From Rhizodiscina lignyota (Eukaryota): DNA of 64,000 nucleotides. Location: contig ML978124.1 of assembly GCA_010015805.1 (NCBI GenBank), forward strand, positions 1,612,001 through 1,676,000, in the 5' to 3' direction. The notes beneath the pieces were generated by a model. The model was not told where the DNA came from, did no database searches, and worked only from the letters and a program-made list of their open reading frames with translations. The first letter of the stretch is position 1. Each line of letters starts with the position of its first letter. The position numbers and the translations under genes were made by a program. Below, piece by piece: positions 54,463-64,000 of the stretch.

Positions 54463-55524
54463 GATGAGAGAGAGTAATTGAAGCTGGTGGTGTAAAAACG
54501 GGCGGAAGGGAGAATGATGTTGTGGTGGCTGCTTGGGAGAAGAAGTTTCTCAGATTTTCGGGAGGTCACAACAAAAGCAGCCGAAAGCTTCCCTCAGCGG
54601 CGCATCGTCAACGGCCGAGCGTCGCGCTGCGAAAAGGCTTGGCAGAAACGTGGTCGGGAAAGACCGCAACCACAGGCCGGAGTGCTTGGGCGACAGGGGC
54701 GCGGTTAATATTGCAGCTCAATGCCATCATGCGGATAGGGGTTTATATCTTCAATCGCTTCAGCTTTGGTCGTTTGTTCTCCAAAGCACGCTGCAAAGGC
54801 ATGCCAGTAAAGCAAATGCTCAATGTGCTTGCAATCAACCATCATTTTCCTTCTTTGTAGTTTTTGTTTTTATCGGCCAACGGGGATGATCTTCGTGCTG
54901 ATATTTCCGTTGGCTGTCTGATGTTCATCTCTGTATATACCTTGATGCTGAATAAATCATTCACGCCAAATAGATTCTGTAACAAAAGACTGTTCAATGA
55001 GTTGGACTTGGGCCTCCCATTCGCATTTTCAGGAAAAGCTATCATGCTCCTGATTCTACTGGCTTCACAATTCGGACATCCGAACTTGAAAGAAGGGGGG
55101 TAGTGCTTTGGCCATTGAGCACGTTGTGTGCTAGCAACTGGTGATTCATGTCAATTACAGAGGATTTGCCATTTGCTCGAAGGACTAGGTCTTCATGCGA
55201 AGTACGAAGCTGGAAGTTGTCGTGAATGGTGGGCAATGGACATTCCATTCGAACATAAATAATCGGTTTTCCATATCTGATGTCTGATAGCGTAGGCTAG
55301 GTTCGAATGGCATTGTTGGATGAGCAGCTCTGGGTCGTATTAGTGTAAATGTGGAGGCAATGCATTTTACAGTAATGCGTTTGATTGGCGAGCAGTGAGT
55401 TCCATTCCAACAGAAAAGCCCCCAAGACCGTTCGAGACGGCCAGACCAGTAGCATCCCAAACTCCACGCTGCAAATGCATATGTTACAATTGAATATTCT
55501 CATCCCCTCTTAACCAACTCCTGC

Positions 55525-56103
55525 TCATTTCACCATTTTTGCACGCTTCTCCTCTTCTGCCATAACCAGGAACGGATCTGCCTGATTGCCTTCAAGCAAC
55601 TGCACCATCTCGCCGTCATCCAACGTCAAGCTCCAATCCTCCGTCTCAAAGAATCCCATCCTCGTCCTCCTGTGGCTCTTAAACTTCATCATGGCCTTCG
55701 CCTTCGTTCCCTTAACGCTGAACTGAATATCAATCTTGCCATGTAGCTGATTGATGCTGCCCCATATCCACGGCACCTTGCTTGCAAAATATATCTCGTC
55801 GCCAAGCAGTTCTCTGGCGGTGGGATTCGTTCGCAGAGCGTAGAGCGTCGAAGAGACGACAGAGGAGTTGAGCTTTTGGTAGTTGAATATTGCGGCGGTC
55901 GATGCACCGAGAACGAGCAGGAAGATGGGGATTGTGCGCATCCATCTGTTTGCGCTGGCTATGTCGGGGAGTTCGCGGTCGGAGCGGCGGGCCATGAGTG
56001 GGCCTGAATTCGGCTTCGGAGGGGAGATGAGAGTGCGAGTGACATTTCGAGGTCTCAATGTCCGCACTGGGAGTACGGACGGCCGTATTCTACGTATAAT
56101 CAT
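55525..56103 (-). CDS. COA1: Cytochrome oxidase complex assembly protein 1
   Basis: Presequence, DRELP, TM helix, IFNYQKLNSSVVSSTLYALR, PWIWGSINQLHGKIDIQFSVKG. Confidence 0.88.
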   Translation of the reverse strand: MIIRRIRPSVLPVRTLRPRNVTRTLISPPKPNSGPLMARRSDRELPDIASANRWMRTIPIFLLVLGASTAAIFNYQKLNSSVVSSTLYALRTNPTARELLGDEIYFASKVPWIWGSINQLHGKIDIQFSVKGTKAKAMMKFKSHRRTRMGFFETEDWSLTLDDGEMVQLLEGNQADPFLVMAEEEKRAKMVK

Positions 56104-56612
56104 TATGTTGGTTGTAGATGGAATAGACTTGTCGACGACTCGAAATTTCTCTTTACGAAGAGCATCCTCGGCAAGTTCCGCTATGAAAGTAAGTAACTGC
56201 TTCGTACGTACCTCAAAAATTATATCCTTTCTTTTCCTGTAAAAAATGTATTTTTATCAGTTAAAGGGGCTTTCAGGAGTATCTCATCCGCTCTGGAATG
56301 CATGAAATGATTAAGGGAGGAAAGCTCGCTCATTGATGGTCATGCTAAAGCGCATGGATCAGAGTCACATTCGCTCGGAGGACGGATTACACGTTTAGGT
56401 CCGTGGATTTTGAAGCCTTCGTACAATCTAAATGGTATCTTTCATTTCTATTTTCGAAATACTTTGTCGGAAGAGTTTAAAGCGTGTGAGGAACTGTACC
56501 GAATTTAGCCACCTTGCCCACCACGTGTCGTCATAGGTCGACGCTGCAACGCGTCTCCCAGAACTTCGACGTGTCCTACTCCGTTCACAAACTTCAATCA
56601 CCAACTTGCATT

Positions 56613-57318
56613 ATGGCAACCACACGAGGGAGGAAGGCGTTCAGATACCCTAACGAAGATGAAACAGAACCAGCAGATGGGATAGACGAAGAAGGTGAAT
56701 AACTGATTCAACTCTTCAACCAAAGATGCGCCTCTGCCTAACGATCCAACAGAGCAGGAGAAAGTTATATCCTCTTTCCGTACACAAGATGCAGCGCAAA
56801 CAGAATTCTATCTAGTATGCTCCTCCATGTTCCATTCTCATAGAAATTTAGTACTAACCAATTCCCAGAAAATCTTCCTCGCCCTCCCCATCTCCACAGT
56901 CCTCCTCTATCTTCCCTCCCTCCTTCGTCCCTCGTCATCCCAAAGGTTCCTCACAACCTTCTTCTGCATATCCTCACTGCTATTTACTGCCTTCGTGCTG
57001 TGGTTCTACCCTCTAGGCGTCGATCCTACTTCTCCACCGCGACGACAGACTTTCAGCCGGCGGAGTATTAATGACTGGTTGCTCAACCTGCCCGCGTCAC
57101 AGCAGTGGTATATTTTCATTCTGAACGCCGTGCTTTGCGCGGTGCTTGCATTGCAGTCGATTCTGGCAGGACGTGGTGGAAGAAAGCAAGAGGAGGTGTG
57201 GCCGCCGGGATGGCTTCCAGGATGTGTATTCGCGCTGGTGATGGTCGCACGCGTGCAGTTAAAACCCGTCGATGTAGAGGAGTTGGAGAAGCTGAAGTAC
57301 CATTACAAAGGAGCATGA
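56613..57318 (+). CDS. Conserved fungal hypothetical membrane protein (4 TM); 3 exons
   Basis: RKAFRYP...IDEEEQEKVI spliced via two GT-AG introns; C-terminus ELEKLKYHYKGA. Confidence 0.78.
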
Positions 57319-57634
57319 ACATCAAATTTCAAGTGGACTTTTTGATCGTATGGTCATCTCGAATGATCTATCAAAACGAAAACTCCGGCATTAAGACGCA
57401 ATCTGCAAAACCTGCAACTACAACAGGAGCGTGCGATCTAGGTGTCTCGAAAGCAGAAAGCCGCCACCCGCCCCATTTGCCAATGTGAAGAAGCCAAAAC
57501 GACGGAACTCTAAAATCAGACCTGACCAGGGCGGCCCTTTTCGAAAAGAAGATGAAAAACAATGCATCCATGCTCGTCAACACATGAGGGAATTCTCATC
57601 TACCGTCATTTCAGTGGAGAAGGCTTATCCTGAT

Positions 57635-60600
57635 TCACATATCTACCGACGTGTTGAACCGCAGAACGCCAGTCGGCTGGAACATGCCATCAATACGCTC
57701 CGGGGGAATGGCTGAGGCCAGTGGCTCGCCGTTTGAGACGTCTGCAATGAGCACAAGGCCTGCGGTTTTGATGGAATCGACCAGAGCTGGAGCCAACGCC
57801 TTTTTTAAAATTAGCAAAATTTTCGTCGTAAAGACTTAATCGAAGAGTTTCCGAATACGTACCAAAAGTCTCGATGTGCATACCAAACCCATGAAATTAT
57901 TGTTCTGGGCCGTCTGCACCGCTTCCTTCACGCTCAGCGTCGTACGTCCGCTACTGGGTACGTTTGGAGAGCCGCCGTTGGGAACTTCGACGCCGAGACC
58001 ATTGCATAGCAAGACAGGATCTACCCTTGAATCAGCAATCGACATGCTCCTCGAGATTGTATGACAAACTTACAGTTTGGTTGCTTCCAATTCAGCGCCG
58101 TACAAACGTCTGGGTTGAAACTACTGAACACCACGCTCCTGGTGAAGCCATCCGACTTTTCTCGCACAGCCCTTGCGTGCTCGAACACCTCAGTGAGCAA
58201 TACATCGGCGAAATCGTTGATATTCAGAATCGGCCCGAACTTCAGGTCTTCTTCCTCCTCACGACTGGGATAGAGCATATGAAGCTCTATATGGATGCTG
58301 GGTGGTAGCAGCTCCAGAGCATCCTTCAATTTCAGGAAAGAAGTCGCGAGAAGCTGGTGAATCTGAGGGATGTCTGTGGATGTAGCTTGTCCAAGAGTGG
58401 CGAGTACATCGTTATTGACACCATGACCAGCACCAATTGCGGCAAATTGATCGTACGTGATGGAGCAAACTGGAACCTCAAGACCATAATGACTGATTTT
58501 CCACTGCGGATAGAGAACAATCACTCCATCGCTGGTTGCCTGGACGAAGAGCCTAGCATAGTCTCCCGACAGACTGGAGCCCGTAATCAAAGCACTTGGT
58601 TGGTGCGTGTCTAGCTGACTGGTCGCTTTCCAGTATGTAGCGAAGTGCGTGATTTCGAGAGGCACTCCATTGAACGGCTTCACGACCTGAAAGTTGAAAC
58701 TGATACGACCGATCGCATGAAGTCGCGGGTCAAGGAGCTCCAAATGCCAGTGTCCAGAACTACTAATGCGGCACGTGAAGACCTTTGAAGATGCGACTGC
58801 ACGTGCGATGACTTTTGCGCCGAATGTGGGGTACACATCGAAGTCCATGGTGAAGGTATCCAAATCGTCAATTTGGAATGAGACAACCTTAAGATCGTCT
58901 TGGATTGGGAGAAGCAGGTTGCGCGGGATTAGGTCGGAGGATTTGGAGGAAATCGTTAATCGAGCAGCCGGATACTTCTGGTTGTCATAGAACTGAATCG
59001 CGTCATATCCAAGGTTGCCAAAGTTGACGACAACGTAAGTTTTGGACTCGAGAAAGTTGTGGCCGTATCGACGGACAGGGATAATGGGAGGTGGTAGAAC
59101 GATAGGTGGAATGCTGTCCGCATCGCTTGAGATGGGTAGAGGCGTGGCGCTAGATGGGATTGAAATGGATTGCGGGCTGACGTTTGCTGAAGTTATACCT
59201 TGCGGCCTCTTGATATGCGTGACAGTTGCGAGCAGATTTATGCATTCTAGATGTCGTTCCCAAGTCGCATAATACAGCGCATCGAGGCCTTTCTCATCAA
59301 GAATGTCCGGATTGACTCCGCATTGCAACAGTGTCTCCAGGCATTTGACATTGCCTTCACTTGCAGCATGGAAGAGCGGCGTCCACTGGTACATTCGGTC
59401 AGGCTGGTTGAGATTCGCTCCATAGTCCTTGAGTATGTGGAGGAGCTCCGGAACACCTGCAGAGCGCGCAACTAGATGTTGGGGATAGAGGCCTTCAGCG
59501 TCTGGCATAATACGAGGATGCTTCTTCAAAAGGACCTCCACAATCGGTATTGAACCATGTTGGCAGGCCAAATTTAGAGGAACATGATCGGCATCGTTTA
59601 GCGGGTCTATTCGAGCGTCTCGGTCTAGCAAAATCTGTACACAAGAAAGATTTGAATGTACGATTGCATGGATGAGCGGAGTGAAGTTATCGTGGTCTCT
59701 AGCGTCAATCGTCTCGGGGCCTGCCTCGAGTAGCGCCAGGTAAGGATCGAAGTTGCCTTGAACGCACGCGTAGTGAAGTGGTATCCGACCGTAAATGTCC
59801 ATTTGATGAACATCAATACCTGCGGAAAGACCCCATTGGAGGAGAAACTCGCGACCGGAAACAGCTGCTTTGTGGAGCACATTTCGATGATTGATCTCAT
59901 CCACGAGGCCAAGATTAACCACGCCCGTGTCCATGATGAAGCGCAGAGATGATTCTGGCGCCTCTTCTGCTGCACCCACGAATGCCTTGGAAATTCTCTC
60001 AGACGAATCCGGCAGTGTTTTCATACGGTCCACTAATTCCCGCAGCATCGTAATGTCTTCAGAAATCGCAGCTTGGATGATCTGTGACTCGAGATCAGAG
60101 TCTTCTCCATCGATTGCAGGCTCCTTGTTCGCTTGCTGGTTAGGAAGCTGAATTTTCTCGCCTTCAGCCCAGGCTTCAAAGTCTAGCAAACTGCTCGTCG
60201 CTTGATCAGATAGCTCACTAATGACATCGCGGTTGAAACATGGCTGTACTTCGACAGCACATGACAAGAACACAGCCTTGTTCCGAGACTTGGATGCCTT
60301 GTCCCACTTCTTCAGAATCTTGGAAAAGGCAGTCTGGTTGATCTCAACGAATTGCTGGAGCTTGTTCAAGTCGCTGCTGAACTGCCGAAAGCCTTCTTCA
60401 AGCGCAATGTATCGTGAAGAAGTTTTTGATGACTCGGTTGGCTGTGATTGCATCGCCCTCTTTTTCTCGAGAAGGGAGTTGAGTCGCAATTTTAGCTCCG
60501 CTTCCTTCTGTAAGTAGAAGGTATTGACCTTCTCGAGCTCACGTTCCTGAAAGACCCATCAGGTCCCGAGCAGCTTTCCAAGAACGTGGAGCTGGCACTT

Positions 60601-61003
60601 ACAACTCGGAAGAAGAACGTTGCTCTGTTGGCTTGCAAAGCCTTCTGAGGATCTTGTTGTCCTCCATCGTGTGCTTGGTCGTTAAGTGTCGGTATCACGG
60701 GAGTAGCGCTGAGCTTCTTGATGAGCTGCGAGAGTGTTAGTCCAGCAAGCCATCATCCTAAATGAGCCATTTCGATAGGTCTGACCTTCTTGAGCGCTTT
60801 GTAGTCAACAAAGCTTGATGCATATTCGGGAATATCAAGTTGCCGCTTCTGGATGTGCTTCCCGAACTTCCTGCAGCGCGACTATTAGTTTCACACCTGT
60901 TTCACCTTGAGGTCATTTGTAGCGAAGTCCTCGAGCTTCCGAACAAGTGAGTAGCGATATTAAATCACAGAGAGGTAGGTGCAGGATGCAGGGCGACGTA
61001 CAT
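57635..61003 (-). CDS. PHO81: SPX-ankyrin-GDPD-like CDK inhibitor of the PHO pathway (Pho81/NUC-2); 6 exons
   Basis: MKFGKHIQKRQLDIPEYASSFVDYKALKKLIK SPX start, ERELEKVNTFY, FSKILKKWDK, about six ankyrin repeats, PPPIIPVRRYGHNFL, degenerate GDPD (SVVFSSFNPDVCTALNWKQPN). Confidence 0.92.
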
Positions 61004-62192
61004 TTTGCGGGGGTGAGTTGTTATCTGTTTCTGAACGGTCTCAACATGGCTCTGCGCTCCCGGTCAAGTTTCATCAAGATGCTGTATGAATCTTCTCAGG
61101 CCAAGAAGAGGAAGGCGTTTGTGTAGCGAACCGGCTGCAGGTGTTCAGAGACGCGCGGAGTTGATATCCGTGATGGCCCCGTATCCGGTACACAGATTGA
61201 TTGAGGTCGGAGGTCTTGGACTTTGACTCGTGGCGGACTCACGGGAAGCTTAGTTAGCGGCGCAGCTGGCAGGTGGTGTCGCGAGAGAAAATCCTGCCTG
61301 TCGAGTGATCGAATGCTGAGCGGCTTTCCGCTGTTGAGCTCGGCAATGCTGCCAGGCTCGATCTGGAAATGGAAATGGCCGACAAAATACGTACCGACTC
61401 GTTGCGGCGGTGGTGAGTGGAGGGCGGAGCGGGTCTTGTCCAATGATTCGAGAACGTGATCCACCCTTCACCAGCACAACGAAGAGCGCTCTTCCCGCCG
61501 CCGTTGATGCCTTCGACACAGCGGAAGGTCAAGTGGGTCGTTGACTCGTCGAAAGAACTGCTGGACCCGTTCACAGTCTCGCAGAGCGCGTCTGGCGAGG
61601 GATACTTGCATCCGCTGCCACGCATTTCGTGCTACATAACCGTCCCAAGGCCCTGGAACTGGCGAATCTAGAACATACCGCACACCAGCATCACCAGCGA
61701 AGGCGCGCACCACATCGTAGCTGAACTTTTGTATACCACCGAACGTGGCTATCTATGCCTATTTTTCCTGGGGAACAGAAAGAAAATGAGGCGCCGCATC
61801 TATGCAGATGGCGTGAGCCCGAGAGAAGAGGTATCTAGACGTGAAGAGCATCCCCAATCCTGTTCCCACATTCGTTCATCACAGGATGTAGTTTTCGCAA
61901 ATGCCAAACTCCGCCAAGTACCTGTTATCCTCTTCACGCCTTTCATGGCACCGACCAATGCAAACAAAAGCAGAACCAACCGAACTGAAATCTCGCTGAG
62001 CTTTACTGCCTACGACGAGCGACCTGAGACAACGAGTGCTTGTGTTGCTAGAGCAAAGGCAGACGAGAACGTCCTTCAAAGACCATAAGCCGCCCAACCG
62101 TCTGGATCGTGGATAACATCATTGCTCGCGTTATGAGACTGAGGGGCAGAGTCCCCGGGGTATTTTGGCTGATCGTAAAACTCCAGATCCAG

Positions 62193-64000
62193 TCATAGCT
62201 CGTCATCGTCAATTTCGCTCGGCTTGAGAAGGCCGCCGACCTTCATCTGCCTCTCACGTTCCTGATCCTTGGCATTCTTCGCAGCCAACTCTCTCTCTTC
62301 GGCGAATAGCTCCGCATTGTCGCCACTGAACTCCTTGAGCGAGATGAGGAAGTCGCGCAAGATAAGCTTGAAGCGGTTATGGTCAGCGGTATTGGCGAGG
62401 AGGCCGTCGATGAAGTTCGAGATTTGAACCCTGCGTTCACGATTTTAGTAAAGAAAATGATGATACACAGTGGCTAACTCACGCTTGAAGATTGGGGAAT
62501 GCGTTTGCAAGCAAGTTGCCGGTGAACTGCTTGAGGAAGTCCTTATTCGGCGTGCCCTGAGGGGCCGTGTCTGGCATATAGATTGGACCTTGGAGCTTGC
62601 CAGACTCAACCAACCAGAACATCTTAGCCAAGAGTAACGACTGGCTCTTGAAGCCTGCCTTATGATCACTATCCGTCAAGACGAAGAGGACGTCCTGGAG
62701 AATAGTAGTAAAGAAGTTCTGGAAGAAGGCATTGCAAGTGTTCTGATCTGTATCGGCCATGTTGCTGATGAGCTCATTGCACATAGATAGTCCAGCAAAT
62801 TCAACATCCCGATTGTCGTGCTTGCTAGCCCACATGCAAGAGTCGATGACGAATTTGAATTGCCGGCCGTCGAGTTTCAGTACAGCATTGAAGCAGCGGA
62901 GATTGATCGTACGGAGAAGTTTGAAGAATTCGACGCGGTGTTCGGGGTATTCAGAGAAGTCTTTGTTGATCATGTCAAGTGTGCATTCGAAGACATTGTC
63001 CATGATGTTCATGACCTGGTCTTCCATCATGCTCTGTATGTAATCTATTAGCGGCTAACCATTGAACGGGGGGTGGGCCAGACCCAGTGTTTGCTGAGAT
63101 TGGGTCTCCAACGTACATGTAACTTATTGATGATTGTAGTCATGAGGTTCAGAACCTCTGCTTCACGGGCATCTGGAACATTGCGCTTGTAGTCGAGAAG
63201 GACGGCTTCGAGGAGCTGCGGAACAATGCTGTTGTGCACCATCTCAAGATCATCAGCCCTCTCCACATAGGTGTTGATAAGCTTGAGGATTTCCTTCTTG
63301 ACCGTGCGAAGACCTCGAACTTTTGGCATCTTCGTCGCAATAGCACCCTCTCTCACGACAGCTTGGTCGATCAGAGTGCTACTGGCACGGTACATGGTCA
63401 ACATGTCCAAGTAGATGCGGCCGATTTGCGGGTAGAAGTAGCTGCCGATAGAATTGCATGCAGCTACGTTAGTCTTCATGATGTTGCCAATGATCTTGAT
63501 GGCTTCGGCATCCTCTAGGATATTTGGGTCGTTGTGCGCAGTTTGGATGATCTGATCCCATGCAGCGTTTGGCAGAAGCATGAGATCATTAATGAGGCGC
63601 TCTTGGATAGCCTTCTGTCCTTGAGCACTGATCATGTAACCACAGGCTTCGTAAAACGTATGGACCTGTTGCGGGGAGAGGTCATGTGTAATCTTGCTCA
63701 AGTTACGAACAATCTCGTCGATGAATGGCTCGTTCTCGCCAGGCTGGTGAGCAACGAAATGCCTTCGGCATTTGTTCGCAATCTTGATGAACGTATCGCA
63801 AGCCATATCTTGTACACCTGTGGATAGTTAGACCGAGTACGAAATGGGCTGTGAGGGATGACGTTACCTTCATGCGTCTCGTGCATAAACTCAAAGAGCT
63901 TGTTGACCACGGTCTTGAGGAATTTCCAATGGGCCTTGAGGAAGCGCGGATACTGCCCAACGATGTACATAATGTTACTCGCCACAACAGCCTTGTTATC
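62193..64000 (-). CDS. CRM1: Exportin-1, C-terminal part (runs off the window end)
   Basis: [83 protein letters not shown]. Confidence 0.97.

Noticed and set aside
62070..62195. Stop-codon readthrough of CRM1 (TGA CTG followed by ~40 open codons)
   Set aside because: The context is not the TGA-CTA motif and the extension has no recognisable targeting signal.

Overview
Eukaryotic DNA from a filamentous ascomycete (Pezizomycotina; the class cannot be fixed from sequence alone). It is gene-dense, with roughly 60 short spliceosomal introns that mostly carry CTRAY-type branch sites. About 27 genes were reconstructed by hand across introns. Housekeeping genes: Med5, NADP-glutamate dehydrogenase, Ahc1-like, Kish, TAF13, eIF3f, UTP25, MetAP2, a mitochondrial J-protein, VDAC porin, COA1, PHO81/NUC-2 and the 3' part of CRM1. 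Others: an HSL-family hydrolase, an aldo-keto reductase, a RING/RS-domain protein, a secreted six-hairpin glycosidase-like protein, a 4xWSC AA5_1 copper radical oxidase, a BTB protein and several surface or hypothetical proteins. Accessory-looking stretches lie at ~16.8-21, ~31-37.5 and ~42-50 kb. The most notable observations are: an intronless ORF whose motif pattern resembles a MazF/PemK toxin fold; three GC-AG introns (two in one gene, one flanking a 14-nt microexon); a PHO81/NUC-2 start codon split by an intron with a uORF just upstream; a 7x15-bp minisatellite between a TATA box and an ATG; and two broken MFS transporter relics. No tRNA, rRNA, CRISPR array or intact transposon was recognised. 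All family calls come from motif recognition, not database searches.
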